From an uncultured delta proteobacterium (GTDB lineage Bacteria; Myxococcota_A; Polyangia; Polyangiales; Polyangiaceae), in contig CAWJCS010000006.1 in assembly GCA_963841435.1 (NCBI GenBank), positions 288,001 through 352,000 of the forward strand: a stretch of 64,000 nt of DNA, read 5' to 3'. Shown in pieces: positions 1 through 7,521 of this stretch. The position numbers were made by a program, and so were the translations under genes. Within the stretch, counting starts at the first letter, position 1. Every line of letters begins with the position of its first letter. The notes under the pieces were generated by a model. The model did not search any database, had not been told where the DNA came from, and saw only the letters and a list, made by a program, of their open reading frames with translations.

Positions 1-247
<247 letters not shown>

Positions 248-486
248 TCAATTCGCCCTCTCGGCGCAGCGTCACTGCCGAAAAGATGGCAGCCGCCCGC
301 CGAGGACTCGAAAGCCAGCCCGCAGAAGGCGCCCGAGGGGCCACCTACTACGGACCCGCAGCGTACACGCGAAACCTCATGAACGCACGGATTCCTTTTG
401 CCATTGCGGAAGCCGCGAGTCGTGCGCACGTTGTAAAGACGAGTGTCGGGTGCGCGACGACGCCGACGGTAGCAACCCCCCGGGGC

Positions 487-1461
487 TCAGTAGGTATCTG
501 CGCCTGCGCGTCGTTGCCAGCCCTCCACGACGGCGCGCCGGTCGAGCTCCGCGGCTTTGGTCGGGAACGTCCCGGCGGGCGCATCGAACACGAGAGTCGT
601 TGATTCCGGGCGGACGCTCGCCGCTTTGATCCGCTCCGTCGCTTCCGCGGGCATGGCGCCGCCAATCGCCACGACCGCGTTGCCGTTGGTCCCCGTGGCT
701 CCGAATTCAACGCCCGCCGAGCAAGCCGGGCTCGCGCAGCGCACGCTCCCACGAGCGCACTCGTTTATCCCGCTCTCGCCCGGAGGCCCTCCGCTGCCGC
801 CCGACACGTCGATCCCGAATCCCGAAAGCTTGCTTGGCGACAACAGCTCGGCGGCGACGAGCAGTAGCTTTCCGCCGGGAGAGCCGTTCTCCCCGGTGTG
901 CCCGCGAATGGCCGCCAGGGACCCTTCCGCGGTCGGGCAGGCGCATCGGTTGCCGTCGTCAACGCAGAGCGCCTGAATCTCCCGGTCCGTGGGAGGGTTG
1001 AAGGCGATGCTGGCGAAGGTAGCGCGCTTGCCGCGCCGACCCCGTGTTCCCCGGGCGTCGAAGATCACGTTCTTACCGAGCGAGAGGCCGTTGGTCGCCA
1101 CGATCGCCAGGGTCACGCCGTCGCGCACTCCGATGATCGTGTTGTCGGGGATCATCAAACAGGCGTCAGATATCAGGGTATCTTCGGTGAAGCGTAGCGT
1201 CGGCAAGCGTCGAAACGTCTTGCAGTGCTCCCCGCCCGCCATCTTGACGGGCGCTCCCTGAATTTCGGGGACGAACGCCGAGCGAGCGTCGGTCTTCCAG
1301 CTCACCCCGCTCACGTCGGCGACGGGCGCGGGCGGCGTGGCGGGATGGACGAGCGCGGGTGCCGCAGGCGCTTCGGCAGGCCGCGCGCGCTCGCACGACG
1401 GCGTCGCGAGCGCGAAGACAAGGCCCGCGCCGCGGACCGCGAACCCAAGCATGTGACGCAT
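487..1461 (-). CDS. Hypothetical exported protein / putative lipoprotein, Cys- and Gly-rich
   Basis: 324-aa ORF with signal-like N-terminus ending LATPSC, a Pro/Ala linker and collagen-like G-x-x stretches; AGGAG and a sigma54 motif upstream. Confidence 0.6.
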   Translation of the reverse strand: MRHMLGFAVRGAGLVFALATPSCERARPAEAPAAPALVHPATPPAPVADVSGVSWKTDARSAFVPEIQGAPVKMAGGEHCKTFRRLPTLRFTEDTLISDACLMIPDNTIIGVRDGVTLAIVATNGLSLGKNVIFDARGTRGRRGKRATFASIAFNPPTDREIQALCVDDGNRCACPTAEGSLAAIRGHTGENGSPGGKLLLVAAELLSPSKLSGFGIDVSGGSGGPPGESGINECARGSVRCASPACSAGVEFGATGTNGNAVVAIGGAMPAEATERIKAASVRPESTTLVFDAPAGTFPTKAAELDRRAVVEGWQRRAGADTY

Positions 1462-1517
1462 TTCCGGTTCTTCTCCTGGTCGGCCGGCGAGCCTCGGCGA
1501 GCCTCGGGCAAGCTAGC

Positions 1518-1533
1518 TGCATGATTCGAGCCA
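1518..1533 (-). promoter_or_regulatory. Putative sigma54 -24/-12 promoter for 487-1461
   Basis: Minus strand reads TGGCTCGAATCATGCA (GG-N10-GC). Confidence 0.6.
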
Positions 1534-1649
1534 TCGTCGGGCGCGCGCGAGACGCATGGTCGCCGAGTGCTTCGAACAGGGGCGGCCCATTCAGGTCCAT
1601 CAAAGTGACCTCGCATCACTTCAACTTGAACGAGGTGTCGGCGTGGCGA

Positions 1650-1943
1650 TCAACCCCACGGCCGCCGGGCGACCCCACGCGAGAGCAGGTGGATCAGTCC
1701 AACGAGGCCCGCCGAGCCGATGATCGACCAGAGGATTGGGAACGGATGTCCGTCGATCGAGACGACCAGGACCCCGGGCAGACGGAAAAATTGAGCGACG
1801 AGCGTCCCGAGCAGAGCGCCCACGAAGCCTATCGCGATCGAAACGAGAAAGCTGCCGGAGCCGCCCGCGAACGAGCGCCCGACCGCGCCGCAAATGCCCG
1901 CCACGACCAGCAACACCAGCAACCCCATCGGCGTCATCGTCAT
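1650..1943 (-). CDS. GlsB/YeaQ/YmgE family stress-response membrane protein
   Basis: MTMTPMGLLVLLVVAGICGAVGRSFAGG...IAIGFVGALLG...WSIIGS; three hydrophobic segments typical of the family. Confidence 0.8.
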   Translation of the reverse strand: MTMTPMGLLVLLVVAGICGAVGRSFAGGSGSFLVSIAIGFVGALLGTLVAQFFRLPGVLVVSIDGHPFPILWSIIGSAGLVGLIHLLSRGVARRPWG

Positions 1944-1956
1944 GCGTCGATGTCGT

Positions 1957-1972
1957 TGCAAGAGCTGCGCCG
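1957..1972 (-). promoter_or_regulatory. Putative sigma54 promoter for the GlsB-family gene
   Basis: Minus strand reads CGGCGCAGCTCTTGCA (GG-N10-GC with TTGCA). Confidence 0.6.
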
Positions 1973-2001
1973 TCTGGCGGGAGCGCCGTCGGACGGCGGT
2001 G

Positions 2002-2373
2002 TCAGGTCGGCTCGAGTGGTGAGCGCGCGCCCCCGTTCTCGCGGCTGGGGCTCGCCAGACCCTCGTCGTCGAGGATCTCCTGGCCGATTTCGCGGGCCCG
2101 CCTGACGGCGCCCTCGCCCAGCTCTCCTGCCTTCTTGGCCAGGCGCAGCCGAGTTTGTTGGCCGCTGTTCGGCGCGAGCAAGAGCGCGCCGACGCCGCCC
2201 ACGAGAATCCCGGCGCCGAGGAAAACGAGGTTTCCGGGCCAGCTACGGTGACGTCGCGACAGCCCCACGGGTCGCAGCACGTCGTCGAGCTCCAACGACG
2301 CAAACATCTGCGCAAGCTTCGTGCTGGCGATGGCTGCACCGATGGAGAGTAGGGACTTTTTGTCTAGCTTCAT
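2002..2373 (-). CDS. YtxH-domain protein
   Basis: FLGAGILVGGVGALLLAPNSGQQTRLRL matches the YtxH signature; AAAGG before ATG 2373. Confidence 0.75.
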   Translation of the reverse strand: MKLDKKSLLSIGAAIASTKLAQMFASLELDDVLRPVGLSRRHRSWPGNLVFLGAGILVGGVGALLLAPNSGQQTRLRLAKKAGELGEGAVRRAREIGQEILDDEGLASPSRENGGARSPLEPT

Positions 2374-2407
2374 GAGCACCTTTCTGGGTGGCGAGGCTCC
2401 CCTCCCA

Positions 2408-2423
2408 AGCAAGGGGCGGGCCA
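2408..2423 (-). promoter_or_regulatory. Putative sigma54 promoter for the YtxH gene
   Basis: Minus strand reads TGGCCCGCCCCTTGCT. Confidence 0.65.
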
Positions 2424-2440
2424 GGTCCCTCGCGCACGCC

Positions 2441-2456
2441 AGGCACGGTCAGTGCA
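2441..2456 (+). promoter_or_regulatory. Putative sigma54 promoter for the divergent membrane-protein pair
   Basis: AGGCACGGTCAGTGCA (GG-N10-GC). Confidence 0.6.
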
Positions 2457-2468
2457 TCGCCGGGTGGC

Positions 2469-2828
2469 ATGCCAAGTCACGTTTCCGTCGAGCAACCCAC
2501 TCACGACCCTGCGGTGGCGGCCGCCCGCGTGGTCGAAAGCGCCGTCAATCTCGCGCGGGCAGAGGCGAAGCTCGTGTTCGCCCAGGTGCGAGCCCAGCTC
2601 CTGAGAATCGTCGGGGCAGTGCTGGCGGGCATGCTGGCGACCTCTGCTGCACAAGTGGCGCTCCTTTTGTGCTCGCTCCCGCCGGTCTTGTTTGCGTCGT
2701 GGTCGCGCTCTGCGCTGATCATCGCGGTGCTCCCGTCCCTCGGTGTGAGCGCTGTCGCGACGTTCCTTGCGGTCTGGGCCCTACGAGGCCTCCGCGGCGC
2801 GCCGGGCATCGCCATGGCATCAAAATGA
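2469..2828 (+). CDS. Small membrane protein, YqjE/phage-holin-family-like
   Basis: VNLARAEAKL amphipathic helix followed by two TM segments; ATGA overlap with the next gene. Confidence 0.55.
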   Translation: MPSHVSVEQPTHDPAVAAARVVESAVNLARAEAKLVFAQVRAQLLRIVGAVLAGMLATSAAQVALLLCSLPPVLFASWSRSALIIAVLPSLGVSAVATFLAVWALRGLRGAPGIAMASK

Positions 2829-3211
2829 GGACTCCTCAACCCGATCTCGGTGCCGATGCGGCCGGAGCGCCCATCGGTCAAAGCGTTGCCGCAGCCGAAG
2901 CTTCCGTCGCGCGTGCCGGTGTCGCGTTCTCGGCGAGTCTCCAAGAGGCTTCGCTGGTCGGGCGGGAGACCGGCGGGCGCGTCGTCGCCGTCATACGACC
3001 ACTGCTGATCGGCGCGGGTGTTCTCGCTGCCGCTGCAATCGCCGTGCAGCTCTTGCGGGCCCCGGGCCGGGAGCGCAGGCAGGGGGCTCGAACGGCGCGT
3101 TCCGATCCCTTCTGGTCGGAGCTTGCGTACAAGGGAGCGACGTTGGTGATGACCGTGGTCGCGCGCCGCCTCGCCGAGCGCTGGCTGGGGCCGAGCGTCA
3201 AGCGCGCCTGA
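2825..3211 (+). CDS. Hypothetical membrane protein (YqjK-like partner by position)
   Basis: ATG overlaps the upstream stop (ATGA); one central TM segment PLLIGAGVLAAAAIAV. Confidence 0.55.
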   Translation: MRTPQPDLGADAAGAPIGQSVAAAEASVARAGVAFSASLQEASLVGRETGGRVVAVIRPLLIGAGVLAAAAIAVQLLRAPGRERRQGARTARSDPFWSELAYKGATLVMTVVARRLAERWLGPSVKRA

Positions 3212-3223
3212 CACTTCCGCCGT

Positions 3224-4030
3224 TCACACTCGGAAAGAAGAAATGGCCACGCCGGCCCTGCCGTTGCGGGGACCGGCAACGGCTGGGAACCACTCGGGTG
3301 TGGCGAGCTCGTTGCGCTGCTTCGGCAGAGGCTCGCCGAGGTCGAGCAGGAGGATCTCGCTTTCTTCCCTCGCCGTCAGCGAGACGACTCGTTCGGTCGT
3401 GAAGCCGGCTCCGTCCCCCGTCGTGAGGACGACGCCGGCGACCGTGAGCTCGCCGTGAACGACATGGAGCCAAGCGCTTCGTCCGGGCAAGAGCTCGTGG
3501 GCCAGGTGCTGACCACGGTAGAGTAGGGCCGAATACACCACGGCGTCCTGGTGGATGCGAAGCGAGCCTCTCCGAGCGTCGGGCGACGCGATCACACAGA
3601 GCCCAGACCTCCGCTCCGCGGCGCTGAAGCGCTTCTGCTGGTAAACGGGCTCCACCCGCGCCTCGGAGGGGTGCAGCCAGATCTGGAACAGGTGTGCCCA
3701 ATCGTCGAGTGAAGCGTTCGTCTCGCTGTGGCGAATGCGGCTGTCCGCGCCCATGCGCTGGAACTCACCCGCGTGGATGACCCCCGAACGTCCCCTCGAG
3801 TCTTCGTAGGCCACCGCTCCCTCGCGAACGTACGTGAGGATCTCGGCATCGCGCGGGGCTTTGCGCGGCGTGCGGGCTCCGGGTGAAAGGTGGCCTTCGT
3901 TCAGGATCTCCAGCGCTCCGAAACCGTCTGCGAACGGATCGGCTCGATCTTCGGGATGGAAGGTGACCCAGACATCTTGCTTCTTCCGCCGAACATGGTG
4001 GCGCTCCTTCGCTCTGCGGAGCGTGATCAT
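3224..4030 (-). CDS. Pirin-family (YhhW-like) bicupin protein
   Basis: GFGALEILNE, EILTYVREG, GEFQRMGA..IRHSETN, FQIW and IHQDA motifs. Confidence 0.9.
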   Translation of the reverse strand: MITLRRAKERHHVRRKKQDVWVTFHPEDRADPFADGFGALEILNEGHLSPGARTPRKAPRDAEILTYVREGAVAYEDSRGRSGVIHAGEFQRMGADSRIRHSETNASLDDWAHLFQIWLHPSEARVEPVYQQKRFSAAERRSGLCVIASPDARRGSLRIHQDAVVYSALLYRGQHLAHELLPGRSAWLHVVHGELTVAGVVLTTGDGAGFTTERVVSLTAREESEILLLDLGEPLPKQRNELATPEWFPAVAGPRNGRAGVAISSFRV

Positions 4031-4062
4031 CCCTGCCCGCCGACTCTCCCGGCACCGCCTAG

Positions 4063-4259
4063 CACTACTGTCAGAGTCTTGGAGGAACAGCTCACGATCC
4101 GGCAGAGAGAACATGAGCCACGAAAGCAACTGGCGCGGCCAGCGGGCGGCCGTCTTCGAGCACGAAATGGACGCAAGACGTGGGCGCCGCCGTCCGAAAA
4201 GTTCGCCGCTCGCCAATCTGCGAATTTCTCGAAGCAAACGCGAATCTCTGACAGTAGTG
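4063..4259. mobile_element. MITE copy 1 (197 bp), 14-bp terminal inverted repeats, CTAG target duplication
   Basis: Starts CACTACTGTCAGAG, ends CTCTGACAGTAGTG; CTAG at 4059-4062 and 4260-4263; inverted copy at 9682-9878. Confidence 0.92.
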
Positions 4260-4381
4260 CTAGGCGGCTCGGAGTGGTGCTCTCAGGGGCCGAGGGGGCG
4301 GACAGGACGTTGGCGCCGAGCACGAGAGGATTCTTCGACATGGCTTGCCGCCTAGCTGCACACACACTCCCAAGAGTCGGT

Positions 4382-5269
4382 TCACCGTCCGGGTTCGACG
4401 AGCGTGTTGCCGTCGAGGCTGACGGCGGTCTGTGCCAAAAGCCTGCCGTTGATCGAGGCTCCGGTTCGCAAGTTGATGGCCGTTTGAGAAAGGAGGATGC
4501 CCTCGACGTGGGCGGTGGTGTCGAGATCGACCTCGCCACTGACCTGCCAGAAGACGTTCTTCGGCAGCGCGCCGCCCGTCAAGACCACGCTGGTGGCACT
4601 TTCTACCGTGAGATCCTGGGCTATCTGAAAGATCCAGACGGCCGTGCTGTTGCCCGTGAGCGTCACGTCATTCGGGATCAGAACCCCCGTGCTCCATTTG
4701 TAGACGCCTGGAGTGAGCGTCATCCCGCCGATGTTTCCGGCGCCGAGCTCGGTCACGTCGGGAGCGCGCCCCGCGGCGTCGGCAAAGGCGAGCAGCATGT
4801 CTTCGACGGCTTGGGTCATGTTCGCCGGTGTGGGAGGCGCGTAGTCCGCCGCGTACACCTTCCCGGTCACCTGCGGCGAAGTCGAAAAGACGCTCGTCGA
4901 ATCCGCCGTCAACGAAAAGCCGGTGATCGAGCTTGCGGCGACCGGGCTCACCCCGAGATTTCCGGTGACCGCCGAGGTCGGCACCGTCGAGATGCCGGTC
5001 ATGGCGAGCACGGCATAGCCTTCGGCCACGCCCAGATCCACGGCAGGCCCACCGTCTTCCGCTCCGACTCCGGCAGTTCCTGAGCCGCCCGTGTGGGAGC
5101 CACCCGAGCCGCCCGAGCCACCCGAGCCGCCGGAGACGCTGGAGCCACTGGAGCCAGCGTTACTGGCCTCGCCGCCGGTGCCTCCACAGGCGGTGGAAAG
5201 GGCGAAGGACGAAACGAACAGCAGCGCTGCCCCAGGTTTTGAGAAGTTAGACACCCATTTCATGATCAT
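4382..5269 (-). CDS. DUF3494 ice-binding-family lipoprotein
   Basis: Lipobox LSTAC, Gly/Ser linker, then VDLG.A.YAVLA..GIS, TGNLGVSP, QVTGKVYAADYA.PTP, TLTPGVYKW, WIFQIA, NVFWQV and GRLLAQTAV. Confidence 0.93.
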   Translation of the reverse strand: MIMKWVSNFSKPGAALLFVSSFALSTACGGTGGEASNAGSSGSSVSGGSGGSGGSGGSHTGGSGTAGVGAEDGGPAVDLGVAEGYAVLAMTGISTVPTSAVTGNLGVSPVAASSITGFSLTADSTSVFSTSPQVTGKVYAADYAPPTPANMTQAVEDMLLAFADAAGRAPDVTELGAGNIGGMTLTPGVYKWSTGVLIPNDVTLTGNSTAVWIFQIAQDLTVESATSVVLTGGALPKNVFWQVSGEVDLDTTAHVEGILLSQTAINLRTGASINGRLLAQTAVSLDGNTLVEPGR

Positions 5270-5289
5270 TCTCCGCCACCGCCGCCGTT

Positions 5290-5314
5290 CACTCCCGCGG
5301 CCGGCGCGGGAGTG
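5290..5314. terminator. Intergenic hairpin between the OmpA and ice-binding genes
   Basis: CACTCCCGCG-N5-CGCGGGAGTG; no U-tract. Confidence 0.4.
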
Positions 5315-5342
5315 ACACGACGGGGCCGTGCATGGTGTTTCG

Positions 5343-6242
5343 TTACGGCGCCGGGCTTCTCGGCTGGACGACGATCTCGACGCGCCGATTGTTGGCGCGA
5401 CCCTCGGTCGAGCTGTTGTCCGCGATGGGACGCGTGAGCCCAAAGCCCTGCGCGGTGATGCGATCGCCGGCGATGCCCCGCGTCACGAGGTAGTCGCGAA
5501 CGACGCGTGCCCGCTCTTGAGACAATTGCTGGTTGTAGGGAGCTCCACCCTGCGAGTCGGTGTGGCCCTCGACGACCATGCGCGAATCCGGGTCTTCCTT
5601 GATGAGCGCGGTGGCAACGTCGTTGAGCTTCAACTGGGCAGCTGGGAGCAGCTCCGATTTCGCGGACGTGAAGAGGATGCTGCCGGAAAGCGTGATCACC
5701 ATCCCGCGCGCCTCCTGCTTGACCGTCGCGAACTTGGCAAGGTCGGCGGCCGCTTGCTGGGCACGCTTCTCTGCCTCCACGCGCCGCGCCGTCTCGTCCT
5801 TCAGCTGAACGCCCTGGGCAACGTAAGCCACGTTCTGGGCCGTGGCCTGGGTCTTCGTGCGCTCGAGCTCGGCGGCGGTGTTGGCGACGGCTTTCTTCTC
5901 GTCGGCGTGCATGGCGCTCACGACGCCCTCTTTGGCCTGGTTCGATTGGCGCGTGCGAGCGATGACCACTGCCAGCTCGGTCCTGCGCACGGCAACGTAA
6001 GCCTGATCCCTGGTGGTTTGCGTGTCGCCGTTCTCGGCAAACGAGGCCTCGGCCAGATCGAGCTGCTGCTTGGCGGCGTGCATGCCCGCTGGATTGCCCG
6101 TTTGCGCCGGTCCGTTGCTGGCTCGCGCGTAGGCGTCGCGCGCGTTGAGGAGATCCTTGGGCGGGATGCTGGCTGCGCAGCCGCTGATACCGTAGACGGC
6201 GCCGAGCGCAAGCAGGAGACCTATGTTGCGAGTGACATTCAT
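5343..6242 (-). CDS. OmpA-family lipoprotein with N-terminal DUF4398-like helices
   Basis: Lipobox ISGC; ILFTSAKSELL, VEGHTDSQG, NQQLSQERA and GRANNRRVEI. Confidence 0.92.
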   Translation of the reverse strand: MNVTRNIGLLLALGAVYGISGCAASIPPKDLLNARDAYARASNGPAQTGNPAGMHAAKQQLDLAEASFAENGDTQTTRDQAYVAVRRTELAVVIARTRQSNQAKEGVVSAMHADEKKAVANTAAELERTKTQATAQNVAYVAQGVQLKDETARRVEAEKRAQQAAADLAKFATVKQEARGMVITLSGSILFTSAKSELLPAAQLKLNDVATALIKEDPDSRMVVEGHTDSQGGAPYNQQLSQERARVVRDYLVTRGIAGDRITAQGFGLTRPIADNSSTEGRANNRRVEIVVQPRSPAP

Positions 6243-6616
6243 TTTACTGCTCCCTGAACGGCGTTCGTTTGATCCTGGGCGGCCGAGTCTTCGACGGCTT
6301 CCTGCCGATCGACTCTTGCACCGGTCTCACGCGTCTGCGCGAGAGCGAGCTCCGCGTCTGCCTTGGCTCGAATGAGGAGACTATCGGCGCGCTCGTTGTC
6401 ACCATCGTTCATCGCGAGCTTCGCACCCGCGATCTGGTCGTCCGCGAGCTTCAGCGACAGCTGCGCCCGAGGCTCGCTGTTGGCGCCGAGCTCCCGCGCG
6501 CTGCGCTCTGCGGATTCTGCGTCGGCCATGCGCTGCACCGGCGCCGGGAAGCTCGCCCCACAAGCGCCCCACAAAAGCGGCGCCCCTATCATCATCGGAA
6601 CAATCAACTTGTACAT
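6239..6616 (-). CDS. DUF4398-family lipoprotein
   Basis: WGAC lipobox and RAKADAELALA motif; 4-bp overlap with the OmpA gene, the usual pairing. Confidence 0.85.
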   Translation of the reverse strand: MYKLIVPMMIGAPLLWGACGASFPAPVQRMADAESAERSARELGANSEPRAQLSLKLADDQIAGAKLAMNDGDNERADSLLIRAKADAELALAQTRETGARVDRQEAVEDSAAQDQTNAVQGAVK

Positions 6617-6628
6617 GCCCGTCCCCCA

Positions 6629-6644
6629 AGCACCTTCCGTGCCA
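6629..6644 (-). promoter_or_regulatory. sigma54 promoter for DUF4398-OmpA (possibly also the ice-binding gene)
   Basis: Minus strand reads TGGCACGGAAGGTGCT, near consensus. Confidence 0.75.
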
Positions 6645-6788
6645 GAAGGGACCGAGGTTGCGCGCGGGTCGAGGAGGCTCCGCGAGGCCTGAATGCGCGC
6701 GTCGGCTTCATCAAGATGACGGAGCGCTCCATCAATCCGAGGGCTCTCGAGGCGGCCCAAGCCTTGGGTCATGCGCTGCCGGGGCCGC

Positions 6789-7046
6789 TCAGCTCGACGC
6801 CATTCGCCAGGTCACCGCGTGATAAACGAGCAAAAGCACGATGGCGCCCACCAGGGACATCAGGACCCCGGCCATGCGCCCTTCTCCGTGAAGGCCAACC
6901 AGCTTCCCGAGATAAGCGCCGACGAACGATCCGACGATGCCGATCACCATCGAGGTGATCCATCCGCCGGACTGGCGCCCGGGCACGATCATCCGTGCGA
7001 GCACGCCGACGGCGAGACCAAAGACCAAGAAGAGGAAGAGCTGCAC
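6789..7046 (-). CDS. GlsB/YeaQ/YmgE family membrane protein
   Basis: GLAVGVLARMIVPGRQSGGWITSMVIGIVGSFVG...SLVGAIVLL. Confidence 0.9.
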   Translation of the reverse strand: MQLFLFLVFGLAVGVLARMIVPGRQSGGWITSMVIGIVGSFVGAYLGKLVGLHGEGRMAGVLMSLVGAIVLLLVYHAVTWRMASS

Positions 7047-7049
7047 GAG

Positions 7050-7331
7050 CTATCCCTCTCCATTGACCCCGTCGGCTCCAGCTTTCTTCGGTTCCACGCC
7101 TGCGGCCTGCTCGCTCGAGTCGCCGTTTCCCGGACTGATCTTGGCGATCCACTTGTCGAGCTGCTTCTCCGCGTCCTCCTTGAGGATGCCGTAGCGCTGC
7201 TCTAGCTTGCCGAGCAGCTGTTCCCTCTTGCCCGCGACGCTCTTCAGGTCGTCGTCCGTGAGCTTTGCCCACTGAGACTTCAGCTGCCCGGACAGCTCGT
7301 GCCACCGCCCTTCGATTTGAGTCCAGTTCAT
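7050..7331 (-). CDS. csbD: CsbD/YjbJ family general stress protein
   Basis: MNWTQIEGRWHELSGQLKSQWAKLTDDDL...GKREQLLGKLEQRYG. Confidence 0.93.
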   Translation of the reverse strand: MNWTQIEGRWHELSGQLKSQWAKLTDDDLKSVAGKREQLLGKLEQRYGILKEDAEKQLDKWIAKISPGNGDSSEQAAGVEPKKAGADGVNGEG

Positions 7332-7397
7332 CCGTCGCTTTCCTTTGTGCTCGGGGCCACCGCAAGACGATGGGAGGGTGGCCCGGCCTCGCCCTCA

Positions 7398-7413
7398 AGC
7401 ACCTTCCGTGCCA
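7398..7413 (-). promoter_or_regulatory. sigma54 promoter for csbD-glsB
   Basis: Minus strand reads TGGCACGGAAGGTGCT, identical to 6629-6644. Confidence 0.75.
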
Positions 7414-7486
7414 CGCGCTTTACCACTCTCCAGACAGGGTAACCCCGTAAAAGACCTGGCGCCTGGGGCGGCCACGTGGTGCGCTG

Positions 7487-7521
7487 CATCGAATTGAAGG
7501 ACAAGGTCCTTCAATTCGATG
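7487..7521. repeat. Perfect 16-bp inverted repeat over the activator start region
   Basis: CATCGAATTGAAGGAC-AAG-GTCCTTCAATTCGATG. Confidence 0.85.

Noticed and set aside
4113-4259. ORF inside the MITE (MSHESNWRGQ...) and ORFs 3834-4355, 3890-5083 and 9503-9862
   Set aside because: No transposase motifs; these frames merely run through the repeat.
4357-4373. TGGGAGTGTGTGTGCA on the minus strand as a sigma54 promoter for pirin
   Set aside because: The spacing fits but the -24 element is a poor match and the sequence is a simple dinucleotide run.
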